A stretch of DNA of 64,000 nt from Vulcanimicrobiota bacterium (GCA_963716415.1 OY970311.1:1054931-1118930); one strand, 5' to 3'. Numbered from the stretch's first letter, positions 1-9,844 are shown. Numbers and translations are program-made. Notes: a model not told the origin generated them from the letters alone.

Positions 1-234
1 GTGAGCGACCGTGGCGTCGGCATCGGCGAAGAACATCTTCCGTATATCTTCGAGCGCTTCTATCGAGTCGAGCGCAACCTCACCGCCGCAACCGGCGGGA
101 GTGGACTTGGGCTAACCATCGCGCGTGAGATCGTGCAGGCGCACGGTGGAAAGCTAATAGTTGAAAGCGTGCCGCACGGCGGAAGCACGTTTACCATCTC
201 GCTGCCCACGCCCGGTCCGCGAGACCCAGCGTGA
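1..234 (+). CDS. sensor histidine kinase, C-terminal HATPase_c fragment (5' end outside the window)
   Basis: G-box motifs 'GGSGLGLTIAREIV' and 'HGGKL..ES..GGSTF'. Its stop overlaps the next start as GTGA. Confidence 0.8.
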   Translation: MSDRGVGIGEEHLPYIFERFYRVERNLTAATGGSGLGLTIAREIVQAHGGKLIVESVPHGGSTFTISLPTPGPRDPA

Positions 235-1187
235 AAGACCTCGCACAAGGTGCGGGGCATCGCGTCTTGGTCGTCGATGACGACCGTAATTTGCGCAAGA
301 TTATCTCAACCAATCTCGAGCTGGCCGGTTTCGCCGTCGAAGTGGCCGCCGACGGGCCGGAGGCGCTCTCGCTCATCGAAAACATGCAGCCGGACATCGT
401 CTTGCTCGACTTGATGATGCCGCATATGGACGGATACGAAGTCGCGCAGCGCATTCGCAACCACCAGAATCCGACGATCGCCAACGTGCCGATTATTATT
501 CTCACCGCTAAAGGCGAAACCGAGGACAAACTCCGCGGCTTCGAGGCGGGCGCCGACGACTACATCACCAAGCCTTTTGGACCGCAGGAGTTGCTCGCGC
601 GCGTGCGCGCGAAGATCCGCCGCGTCGAGGTCGATTCGTCGCTCTCGCCGCTCACGCGGCTGCCCGGCAACCTCGCGATCGAAGCGGAGCTGCGCAGGCG
701 CATCGACTCGGGCGAGCCGTTCGCGGTGATCTACCTCGACCTCGACAACTTCAAAGCGTTCAACGATGTGTACGGCTTTACGCACGGCGACGAAGCAATC
801 GTGTTGCTCGCGCGCGTCACGGTTGACGTGGTGCGACGCCGCGGAACACCGAACGACTTCGTCGGTCACATCGGCGGCGATGACTTTATTGTCGTAACCG
901 TTAGCGAACGCTCCGAAGAAATCGCAAAAGAGATCATCGCCGAGTTCGATCGCGATATTCGCAATCTCTACTCGGCCAAAGATTTGCGCGCCGGATATAT
1001 TGAAACACGAGATCGGCGCGGCGCGCTCAACCGTTTTCCGATCATGACGATTTCTATGGCGATCGTGAGCAACGATCGCAGCCAGCTCAATAACTACGCG
1101 CAGGTCGGCGAGGCCGCCGCCGAACTCAAGCGCTATGCCAAATCCATCGCCGGCTCCGTCTACGTGAAGGACAAGCGTCGCCAATGA
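231..1187 (+). CDS. response regulator, REC + GGDEF-type domain with variant GGDDF active-site motif
   Basis: REC signature 'VLVVDDD..DIVLLDLMMPHMDG..ILTAKG'. GGDEF fold 'DLDNFKAFNDVYGFTHGDEAI...HIGGDDFIVV'. No RxxD I-site seen upstream of the motif. Confidence 0.85.
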   Translation: MKDLAQGAGHRVLVVDDDRNLRKIISTNLELAGFAVEVAADGPEALSLIENMQPDIVLLDLMMPHMDGYEVAQRIRNHQNPTIANVPIIILTAKGETEDKLRGFEAGADDYITKPFGPQELLARVRAKIRRVEVDSSLSPLTRLPGNLAIEAELRRRIDSGEPFAVIYLDLDNFKAFNDVYGFTHGDEAIVLLARVTVDVVRRRGTPNDFVGHIGGDDFIVVTVSERSEEIAKEIIAEFDRDIRNLYSAKDLRAGYIETRDRRGALNRFPIMTISMAIVSNDRSQLNNYAQVGEAAAELKRYAKSIAGSVYVKDKRRQ

Positions 1188-2362
1188 GAATCATCGCCAT
1201 CCTCATGGTCCTCTTGTTGGTGCCGTCGTTCGCGAGTGCGAAGAGCACGACGCTGCAGCAACGTATCCAGGCCGAGCGTCAGAAAGCCGCGGCGATTCAA
1301 GCCAAGCTCCACATGAAGCGGGCGCAACTCAATGCGGCGACCGTGAAGGTTCAGGGTCTGCAAACGCAACTCAACGAGACCAACACCGCGATCACTCAAG
1401 TCAGCGGTCATCTCGACGACCTCAACGCGCAAGAGCATTCGACCGAGCGTAAGGCTGACTGGAACGCCGTGCAGCTACGCGCCGCGCAACAATCGTTCAA
1501 GCTGCACGATGACCTGTTACGCCGCCGGCTGGTCGAGATTTACGAAAACGGCGATTTGAGCTACGCCGCGGTCTTACTTTCCGCCCACTCCTTTACCGAA
1601 TTCGTGGAGCGTTGGCAAGACCTTCATCTGCTGATCAACGCAAATGAAGATGCGGTGCGCGAGCGGCGCGCCGCCGCGGGTCGCGTGGCCTCCGTGCAAT
1701 CCGAATTGCAGCGCACCGCACTCGAACTCACGGCCGAACAGCAAGATGAGCAACGGACACGCAGTCAGCTCGCAAGCCTCGCCGACGAGCGGCGCAACCT
1801 CGTGGCCGTAGCAGACACTCAGCGCCGTCACGTTGCGGGCGAAGTCGCGCAGATGGAGGATCTCTCGGCATCGGAAGAAGCGCAACTCGAGGGACTGATC
1901 CGCGAGCGCGAGCGCGAACTGGAAGCCCAGCGCAAGGCTGAAGGCATCACCGGGTACCAGGCGCCGTCGAGCGCGCGGGGTGCTTTCGCGTGGCCGGTTT
2001 CGGGAACGATCACCTCGCCCTTCGGTTGGCGTTCGAATCCGTTCGGCGGCGCACCCGAATTCCACCAAGGTCTCGACATCGCGGCGCCGACCGGCACCAC
2101 GATCACCGCCTCGGCCGGCGGCACCGTGCTGATGGCGCAGTGGTACGGCGGCTATGGAAACTATATTCTGATCGACGACGGCGGCGGCTATTCGACCGGT
2201 TACGGTCACCTCTCCGCGTTCTACGTCTCGGCCGGACAGCAAGTCAAGCAAGGACAAGCGATTGGCGCGGTTGGGTGCACCGGCGAATGCACCGGGCCGC
2301 ACGTCCATTTCGAGATCCGCGTGAACGGCAAACCAGTCGACCCCGCGACAAGATTGCATTGA
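1184..2362 (+). CDS. M23 family metallopeptidase with N-terminal signal peptide and coiled coil (EnvC-like)
   Basis: Signal peptide 'MRIIAILMVLLLVPSFASA', a long Q/A/E/R-rich coiled coil, and M23 motifs 'HQGLDIAAP' and 'GPHVHFEIRVNG'. ATGA overlap with the upstream regulator. Confidence 0.85.
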   Translation: MRIIAILMVLLLVPSFASAKSTTLQQRIQAERQKAAAIQAKLHMKRAQLNAATVKVQGLQTQLNETNTAITQVSGHLDDLNAQEHSTERKADWNAVQLRAAQQSFKLHDDLLRRRLVEIYENGDLSYAAVLLSAHSFTEFVERWQDLHLLINANEDAVRERRAAAGRVASVQSELQRTALELTAEQQDEQRTRSQLASLADERRNLVAVADTQRRHVAGEVAQMEDLSASEEAQLEGLIRERERELEAQRKAEGITGYQAPSSARGAFAWPVSGTITSPFGWRSNPFGGAPEFHQGLDIAAPTGTTITASAGGTVLMAQWYGGYGNYILIDDGGGYSTGYGHLSAFYVSAGQQVKQGQAIGAVGCTGECTGPHVHFEIRVNGKPVDPATRLH

Positions 2363-2525
2363 AAAGGCGCTCCGCCCTAGGCTCCGCGCCCCCCGCTTCG
2401 CGGGGCCCCCACTCCATGGGCGCATTAACAAACTGCCAAGCTTTTAATTCCCCGAGGGCGCCCCTAACCAACGTGACGCCGACTCGAAACGGAATACGCC
2501 CCACCCGTCGTTAAGGTAGGCGGGT

Positions 2526-3944
2526 ATGATCGATCCCATGGCCGGTAAATTCAAGGTGCTGATGGCGGCACTCGTGATTCTCGTCGTCGCGCTCGTCGCG
2601 GGGCTCTCCTTAGGCTTGCGCAACATCGAGTCCGTTTCGGTGCGTCCCGTCGTGAACGTCAGCGTCAACGATGCAGGCGTCGTGCACGATGGAAGCGATG
2701 CAAACGTACCACCGGCCGAGCTCTTCGCGAAAGAGCTTGCGGCTCTCGACTCAGAGTACTACAAGCCGTTCAATCCGCAAGCGCCCTTTCACGGCGAGAA
2801 CGCCGCGCTTACCAAATATCTTCAGAGCAATCACATCGCCCATCCGCGTCTGCCGGACGAGGTCGCCAGCGGCGATCCGAATGCCGACGCGCAGCGCATG
2901 GCTAGCGTGGTCACCTTCGCCGAGCATACCTACGGGAAGCATTTGGGCGCTGACGGATCGACCGCGCTTACCGAAGCCGCGCTTAGTGGCGTGATGAATT
3001 CGGTCGACGACCCCTACACGGTCTACCTGACCCCCAAAGAGATCCAAAGCCTCAATGAATCGCTCAACGGCGGCGATTTTGGCGGCATCGGCGTGTACAT
3101 TCTGCAGCTCAAAGACGGCGAAGTACTCCTTCAGCCGATCGAGGGGGCTCCGGCTTCGCTCGCCGGGATGAAACCCGGTGAAGTCGTCGTCTCGGTCGAT
3201 GGCCGCGCAGTGCACGGTGTGCCGATCGATTTGGTCGAACATTGGATTCGCGGCGAGCAAGGCACGCGCGTCGTGCTCGTCACCCATCCGTACAAAAAAT
3301 CCACCGAACAGCGCTGGTCGATCACGCGCCAGATCATTCATGTGCCGACAGTTTCCAAGCACATGGAGAACGGCTATGAATACATCCGCCTCACCGACTT
3401 TGGCTCGACGTCGCCCGACGAAATCAAGTCCGCTTTGCTCTACGGGAAAGCCCACAATGCCAAGGGCTACATTCTCGATCTGCGCTACAACGGCGGCGGC
3501 CTGGTCTCGTCGGCAGTAAAAATCTCGAGTTTCTTTATCCCGCAAGGAACCATCGTGTCGACGATCGACCGCGAAGGTCACCGCCAGGTCGAAGAAGCCT
3601 TGGGTGACGCCATCGGCGGGCAACCGCTCGTCCTCCTGGTTAACCGGTACACGGCCAGCGCATCCGAGATCACCGCCGGCGCATTACAGGATTATCACCT
3701 CGCCAAGCTCGTAGGTACGAAAACCTTCGGCAAGGGCGTCATCCAAAGCATCTACGATATGCCCGACGGTGGCGCGTTGAAAGTCACGACGCAGCGCTAT
3801 CTCACGCCGCTCGGGCGCGAGATTCAACACATCGGCATCATGCCGGACGTTGTCGTTCCACAAAGCGACGACGTGATGCTCGACACTCCCGCAGACAAAC
3901 AACTTGCCGCAGCCAAAGCCCAACTTGCACAACTCCTAAAATAG
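2526..3944 (+). CDS. S41 family carboxy-terminal processing peptidase (Ctp)
   Basis: N-terminal TM anchor, PDZ-like segment, 'NRYTASASEITAGALQD' and 'TFGKG' (Ser/Lys dyad context). Confidence 0.85.
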   Translation: MIDPMAGKFKVLMAALVILVVALVAGLSLGLRNIESVSVRPVVNVSVNDAGVVHDGSDANVPPAELFAKELAALDSEYYKPFNPQAPFHGENAALTKYLQSNHIAHPRLPDEVASGDPNADAQRMASVVTFAEHTYGKHLGADGSTALTEAALSGVMNSVDDPYTVYLTPKEIQSLNESLNGGDFGGIGVYILQLKDGEVLLQPIEGAPASLAGMKPGEVVVSVDGRAVHGVPIDLVEHWIRGEQGTRVVLVTHPYKKSTEQRWSITRQIIHVPTVSKHMENGYEYIRLTDFGSTSPDEIKSALLYGKAHNAKGYILDLRYNGGGLVSSAVKISSFFIPQGTIVSTIDREGHRQVEEALGDAIGGQPLVLLVNRYTASASEITAGALQDYHLAKLVGTKTFGKGVIQSIYDMPDGGALKVTTQRYLTPLGREIQHIGIMPDVVVPQSDDVMLDTPADKQLAAAKAQLAQLLK

Positions 3945-3954
3945 ATCGGTCATC

Positions 3955-5321
3955 ATGAAGCGCCTCCTCTCCCTCTTGCTCGCCGTCGGCATCGGTGCCG
4001 CACTGCTCGGAGTTCACGCGGCGGACGCCCTGCGGCTCCCGCACAGGCCACGCTCAGCGCGGCGCAGGCCGCTGAAATCTCGACGAGCTATCATTATCTC
4101 GTCAGCGAGTTTTACAAGCGCGTCGACGATCAGCGAGTGCTCGACGGTGCGCAGGCGGGCCTGGTAAACGCGCTCGGCAAACAGCACGTCGCGGGGAAAG
4201 TTCCGGCGCTTCATGCAACAGGCGATGAGGCAAACGTCCGCGCGATCGAACTCGACGTCGAAGATGCGCAGCGCGCAGCCGGCAAACGCGTTTCCAGTAC
4301 CGATCTAACCTACGCGGCGATTGCTGGAATGCTCAACTCCGTGCACGACCGCTACACCGTGTTTCTCGATCCCAAGGATTACGCCGAGCTCAACAGCGGG
4401 CTGGACGGCGCGGACTTCGGCGGCACGGGCATTGTGATTCAAGAGGATGACGCGAGCAAATACATTGCCGTCAGCGACGTCGTCCCCGATGGCCCGGCCG
4501 ACAAAGCCGGAATCCAGCAGGACGACCTGATCACCGCAATTGATGGTCAGTCGACCAAAGGTTGGACGGTCGATCGCGCGAGCGCACACCTACGCGGCAA
4601 AGAAGGTACCAAGGTTTCGATCACGATCCAGCGCGATGGCAAGACGCTTTCGCCCTACGCGCTCACCCGCGCGAAGATCCATCAGTTGAGCGTCTTCGAC
4701 AAGATTCTTCCGGGAAACATCGGCTACGTCGCATTGACGGTGTTCGGCAAAGATACGGCAACTGAGTTGACCGCGGCGCTCGGCCGCCTACAAAAGAAAG
4801 GCGCGCGCGCATATATTCTCGATCTGCGCAACAACGGCGGCGGCTACCTCAACGCAGCCGTCGGCGTGAGCTCGAAGTTCATTTCGTCTGGGCCGATCGT
4901 GTCGGTCGAGTCGCGCGGCTCCAACATCACGACGTACGAAGCCAGCGATACGGCGATTGCGCCGGTGCCGCTGGCGGTGCTCGTGAACCAATTCACCGCA
5001 TCGGCGTCGGAGATCACGTCGGGGGCGATTCAAGACAGCGGCGTCGGTACGCTCGTCGGTACGAAGACCTACGGCAAAGGTGTCGTGCAGACGATCTTTC
5101 CGCTGCCGGACGGGTCGGCGGTGAAGATCACGACCGCACGCTATTTAACGCCGCACAATCGCGACATCAACCATCTCGGCATCGACCCGGATATTGTCGT
5201 TGCGGAGCCGCGCTCAGCGCGTTTCGGCGACCCCAAGAGCGATCCGCAACTGCGGCGCGCGATGCAGTTCGTTGACGACCGCATTGCCCGCCTCAGCGAG
5301 ATCAACGGCGGCGCAGAATAG
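3955..5321 (+). CDS. second S41 carboxy-terminal processing peptidase; signal peptide lies in a different frame from the body (apparent 1-nt frameshift near 4027-4031)
   Basis: The frame starting at 3955 encodes 'MKRLLSLLLAVGIGAALLGVHAA'. The body frame is open from 3945 and encodes conserved '..AAEISTSYHYLVSEFYKRV..', but has no ATG/GTG/TTG before 4137. S41 motifs 'NQFTASASEITSGAIQD' and 'TYGKG'. Confidence 0.75.
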
Positions 5322-8033
5322 CTACGTAGCTTTCTTCTTTCGCGTGGTCGTAGACGTCGACGCCTTTTTGCGCGTCGACGTTTTCTTTACGCCGCTCGCG
5401 ACGGCGCCGTCGGTCTCCGCCTTTTTTGCGCGCGTGCGCTTGACGGCGGTTTCCCCGGTTTCGACTTTCTTTGCGCGCGTGCGCTTGGGTTTGTCGTCGG
5501 CGGGCGCGGGCAGCGCTTGCATGACGGTCGTTTCAAGTTCGCCCGCAACCCCGCTTGCACGCGTGCGACGGCGACGCGTGGGCTTGGCTTGACTAAGCTC
5601 TTCGGCCGGTAACGTCAGGTGCGGCGGAGGTGCTGCGACCGCCGGCGGGTTGGCTTTGCGCATCGGAGTAATCGCGCGCGACGGTTCGCGCGGCGCGGTC
5701 ATGCCGGTCGGCTGCGCCGAACCGCGGGGATCGACGCGGAAGACGTGACGATCCGGAACCGACGGACTCATCGGCAGCGAGCCGGTCAGAGGCTCGCGGC
5801 GTTCGCCGTTGCCGCCGGCAGCGGCACCGCCACCACCACCGCGTCCGCGGCGGCGACGCCGGCGCCGGCGCTTGCCCTGTCCGGTCTCACCGTTGGTACT
5901 CGGCGCCGCGGTCTGCACCGGCGGCTGGGCCTCGTCTTCGTCCTCTTCGTCTTCATCGAATTCGCTTTGCGCTGCCGCGCTGGCCGGTGTAATGCCGACT
6001 TGCGCTGCCGCTTCGAAGCGCTCAGCGCCTCCCTGGCCGCCGCGTCCGCGACGGCGGCGGCGGCGGCGGCGTTTGCCGCGACCGGCTTCACCCTCTCGCG
6101 CTTCGTTTTCATTAATGATGATCGCGTCGGGCTGATGTTCGCCCTTGACCTCAGCCACCAGCGCGGGATCGTCGGCCTCTTCCTCTTCGGTCGCCGTAGT
6201 GATGCCGATCGGCGGACGCGCCTGCTGCTGCGACGCCGCCTCTGCGGCGAGTTCGCGCAATTCAGCGGCTTGTTCGGCCGCGGTGAGGGCAACTTTACGT
6301 CCCTTGCCGCCGCGACGGCGCTTCTTCTTGGCTTCGCCCACGCTGGCTGCAACCAGCTCGGCTAACACGTAGTCGTCCACGTCGTCGACATCGAGCACGC
6401 GAATCTTGGCGGTATTGCCCGCATTGTTCGCCGCATTTTCGACTTCGACGATACGATCGCCGATCACGGCTGTCGCCGACGTCGGATTGGGCAGACGTCC
6501 CGGGAGCAGATCCACTTCGACTTCGTCGCCGACGCGAATCGGGCGTAGCTGCTCGATCGCCTTGGTGATCCGTTCGACGCGCGAGCGCTCGGGATGCAGC
6601 AACGGGTCGACACGAACGTGAATCTTGGTGTCGAGTTGCTTGGCAAGCTCGAGCACCTCGTCTTCGTACCAGAACTCCATTTGCGCGGCAACCGTCGGCG
6701 CAGCGTGCACCAGAACCGGTTGATGGTTGTGGTTGTGGTGAGCGCTTTGACGCACGTGACGCAGCGTGTCGATCGCGACCGACTGCGGCGACATGACCGA
6801 GCCGATGCCGCTACACGTTGGACACGTGCCGCGCAGTTGCGCGCCTAAGTCCTTGCCGATGCGCTTACGCGTGAACTCCAATAAGCCCAAATTCGAGAAC
6901 GACTGAATGGTTGCACGCGTGCGATCGCGCCGCAAGCCGTCTTCGAGCGCTTTGATCACTTTGCTGCGCGCTGATTCCGACGCCATGTCGATGAAGTCAA
7001 CGACGATGATGCCGCCGATGTCGCGTAGCCGAACTTGGCGCGCGATTTCCGCAGCGGCTTCGACGTTCGTCTTGACGATCGTATCTTCGAGATTCTTGCC
7101 GCCGGTGAACTTTCCCGAGTTGACGTCGATGACGGTGAGCGCTTCGGTCGATTCGATCACGATCGATCCGCCCGACGGGAGATTTATTTTGGGCTTGAGT
7201 AAGCGCTGCAGCTCATCGTTGACTTTGAAATCGTCGAAAAGGTCGCGGCCGTGATTGTAATGTTGCACGCGATCGAGATATTGCGGTCCGAGCAATTGGA
7301 GAAACTCGCGAACCTTGCGATATTCTTCTTCGTCGTCGATCAGCACGCGCTCCACATCGGAGGTGATAAAGTCGCGGGCTGCTTTGTAGACGAGGTTCAT
7401 GTCGCGGTGCAGTAGCGAGGGAGAGGGCGCGCGCTTGAACGTCTCGAGAATGCCGTGCCACATGCGAATCAGCACGCCGAGGTCGGCGATCAGTTCGGCT
7501 TCGCTCACGCCGGCCGCTGCGGTTCGAACCACGGTTGCCATGCCTTCGGGGCGGATGCGTTTCATCACCGCCTTGAGGCGGTTGCGCTCGTCGGCTGACT
7601 CGATCTTGCGCGACACGCCGGAGTATTTGCCGGTCGGCATCAGGATCAAGTAGCGGCCGGGCAAGGAGATGTTGGTAGAGATGCGCGCGCCCTTGAGGCC
7701 GCGCGGCTCCTTGACGATCTGCACCAGCACGTCGTCGCCCTTCTTCACCTTCTCACTGATGGTGAAGCCGGAGTGACCGTGGGTGATCTCGACGTCGCCG
7801 ATATTTAGCGGCTGTTTATTAATGTCGTCGACGTACAGAAACGCGTTGCGTCCCAGTCCGATGTCGACGAATGCCGCGCCCATGCCGGGCAGAACGTTTT
7901 GAACTTTTCCTTTGTATATCGAGCCGATGACTCGTTCTTCGCGCTCGATGTAGAGTTCGGCAAGTGTGCCGTTCTCAAGAATGGCAACCCGATTTTCCCA
8001 CGGGTCGCTCGAGATGAGAATCTCGCTTGGCAA
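5322..8033 (-). CDS. rne: ribonuclease E/G family endoribonuclease with a roughly 400-aa charged low-complexity C-terminal tail
   Basis: S1 domain 'IYKGKVQNVLPGMGAAFVDIGLGRNAFL', catalytic core, Zn-link 'CPTCSGIGSV'. TTG start with AGAGGA 5 nt upstream. Tail contains two 'GKRRRRRRRRGRGG' blocks. Confidence 0.85.
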   Translation of the reverse strand: MPSEILISSDPWENRVAILENGTLAELYIEREERVIGSIYKGKVQNVLPGMGAAFVDIGLGRNAFLYVDDINKQPLNIGDVEITHGHSGFTISEKVKKGDDVLVQIVKEPRGLKGARISTNISLPGRYLILMPTGKYSGVSRKIESADERNRLKAVMKRIRPEGMATVVRTAAAGVSEAELIADLGVLIRMWHGILETFKRAPSPSLLHRDMNLVYKAARDFITSDVERVLIDDEEEYRKVREFLQLLGPQYLDRVQHYNHGRDLFDDFKVNDELQRLLKPKINLPSGGSIVIESTEALTVIDVNSGKFTGGKNLEDTIVKTNVEAAAEIARQVRLRDIGGIIVVDFIDMASESARSKVIKALEDGLRRDRTRATIQSFSNLGLLEFTRKRIGKDLGAQLRGTCPTCSGIGSVMSPQSVAIDTLRHVRQSAHHNHNHQPVLVHAAPTVAAQMEFWYEDEVLELAKQLDTKIHVRVDPLLHPERSRVERITKAIEQLRPIRVGDEVEVDLLPGRLPNPTSATAVIGDRIVEVENAANNAGNTAKIRVLDVDDVDDYVLAELVAASVGEAKKKRRRGGKGRKVALTAAEQAAELRELAAEAASQQQARPPIGITTATEEEEADDPALVAEVKGEHQPDAIIINENEAREGEAGRGKRRRRRRRRGRGGQGGAERFEAAAQVGITPASAAAQSEFDEDEEDEDEAQPPVQTAAPSTNGETGQGKRRRRRRRRGRGGGGGAAAGGNGERREPLTGSLPMSPSVPDRHVFRVDPRGSAQPTGMTAPREPSRAITPMRKANPPAVAAPPPHLTLPAEELSQAKPTRRRRTRASGVAGELETTVMQALPAPADDKPKRTRAKKVETGETAVKRTRAKKAETDGAVASGVKKTSTRKKASTSTTTRKKKAT

Positions 8034-8324
8034 ATTGTCCTCTGTTGTCTAGGAACGCCCTGCGAGGCGCGCTGCAAGCGCACCTAATCTGACGGGACGC
8101 GATTCCGCGTCTAAACGACGGCACGTGGCCACCAACCGTGAACGGGGCTCCTGGTAGAAATCTTAAAACGCCTGCGAAGTTCCGGAGAGCCACCAAGCAG
8201 ACCTGCCAAGGGGCCAAAGAGCCATTGGGCCCTCGACATCGTGGCCCATATGGTCCATGATGCAAAGGAGACGTCGCCGCGTGCCTTATGAGCCGCGCTT
8301 TTCGCCTATGACAGGGACCTGTAG

Positions 8325-9113
8325 ATGGCTGCTCCATCGAACCGCCGGGTGTTTTTCCGCCAACCGATGTACCTGCGAATCAATTTGCGGGTCTCCGGGG
8401 TGCGTGCTCCGGTGCCGGCCACGCTGGTCGATCTCTCGGGCGGCGGCGGGATGGTCACTGCCCGCACCATGCTTAGGGCGGCGGTCGCGGTGGAGTTCGA
8501 TCTCCCGCGCGAGGGCCAGCCCCATTTGCGCCTCCCCGGGAAAATCCGCAAGGTTAGCTACTCGCCGGGCGACCGCTCGTTCAAGTACGCGATCGAATTC
8601 GAAACGCTCGACCACGAGGCGCGCGAAGCGCTACACCGCTTCATCGTCGACGAGCAACGGCGCACGATCAGCGTCGCGCGCCGCGGCGACGGCTCGGCTC
8701 CGAAACCCAAGCTGTCGCGGCTCCAAGAGCAGCGCGCCCATCGCCGGATCGACGTCAACATTCCGGTGCGCATCTCGCTGGTCGACGTGCCCGGGTCGAT
8801 GGAAGCCGTCGCGATCGACGTGAGCACCGGTGGCTGTCGCATCTTGATCGACCGCGTGCTGCGCCAGGAGTGGGAGGTCGTCCTCCGCTTCACGTTCCCG
8901 AACGACGTGCTGCGCGCGCAGCAGCCGGGGGCCGATGGGCGCGCTGCTTCGCCCTTCAAGGAACTCAAAGTCAATGCGCGTGCGCTTCCGGGCATCAAGC
9001 AATTGCGCGGAAAGTACATTCAAAGTTTGGTTTGGGAGCATCCCGACCCGAAGATCACCGAAGAGATCAACCGCTTCGTGCAGGCGGCGCAACTCGCAGC
9101 TCTTCGAAAATAA
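8325..9113 (+). CDS. tandem PilZ-domain protein (candidate c-di-GMP receptor)
   Basis: Two RxxxR + (D/N)xSxxG pairs: 'RVFFR...DLSGGG' and 'RAHRR...DVSTGG'. Confidence 0.75.
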   Translation: MAAPSNRRVFFRQPMYLRINLRVSGVRAPVPATLVDLSGGGGMVTARTMLRAAVAVEFDLPREGQPHLRLPGKIRKVSYSPGDRSFKYAIEFETLDHEAREALHRFIVDEQRRTISVARRGDGSAPKPKLSRLQEQRAHRRIDVNIPVRISLVDVPGSMEAVAIDVSTGGCRILIDRVLRQEWEVVLRFTFPNDVLRAQQPGADGRAASPFKELKVNARALPGIKQLRGKYIQSLVWEHPDPKITEEINRFVQAAQLAALRK

Positions 9114-9162
9114 GACGATTCGGCCGGCCTCCGGCCGGTCGCACATCCTGTGCTCCGAACCT

Positions 9163-9844
9163 TCAGCTGCATCGTGCAGCTATGGTTTCGAATGGCCAAG
9201 GGTAGGCCCAGTTGGCGCGGCGATAGAGCTCGACGTTCTTGCGCCGTCCGCCGATGTCGATTTCCGCTCTCACCAACGCTAGGTAACGCCAAGAGCGGCA
9301 TCGCGTCTTCAAGCTCCAACTGCCAAAAGCCGAGCATCTCGAGCTGCTCGAGCGAGTTCCATCGCGCCAGTGCCTCGATGCCGATCGCGTGCCGCAGATG
9401 TTCGAGCGCCAGGGTATGAAGCGGAAGCAACGCGAGCTCGCGCACGTCGACCGGTGTTTCGATGCGCGAGAGACGCAATGCACGAAGCGATCGTGGGAAC
9501 TCGAGCGAGGTCAGCGCTACGTCCGAACATTCGAGCACCTCGAGCCGCGGATATTGCTGCGCAAGTTCGCGCGGATCGAGCGCGCGGCCGCGACCGGCGA
9601 TGCGAAGATAGCGCGAATCGGGCGCAAAGACCGGATTCCATCGATTGTGCACAACGAGCGGTGACAGCTCCAGATCGGCGATACCAAGGTGCGTTGCGAC
9701 GATGCGCTCGGTATGCGCCGGCCCGAGCCAACGGTTGTCGCGGTCCCTCGACTTCGCCGCTTCGCGGCTACGCTCGGGATGACAATGCTTTGCCTTCCAT
9801 CTGTGCAATACTAACGCGCGGTCGCTGACGCCGCGCAGCACCAT
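9163..9844 (-). CDS. hypothetical leucine-rich-repeat-like protein; C-terminus probably continues in another frame (possible frameshift near 9285)
   Basis: Leu-rich periodic segment 'LEVLECSDVALTSLEFPRSLRALRLSRIETPVDVRELALLPLHTLALEHL'. The tail of the 9020..10291 ORF is antisense to the PilZ gene and looks spurious. The alternative frame ends at 9163. Confidence 0.3.

Noticed and set aside
2385-2412. Hairpin CCCCGC-TTC-GCGGGG after the M23 gene, as an intrinsic terminator
   Set aside because: No U-tract follows it and the downstream Ctp gene may be co-transcribed. It is too weak to list as a feature.
5619-6372. Plus-strand ORFs opposite the rne tail (5619..6365, 5809..6135, 6145..6372) and alternative minus-frame ORF 5786..6352
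   Set aside because: Low-complexity Arg/Ala/Ser products generated by GC-rich repetitive coding sequence. They lie entirely inside the RNase E/G gene.
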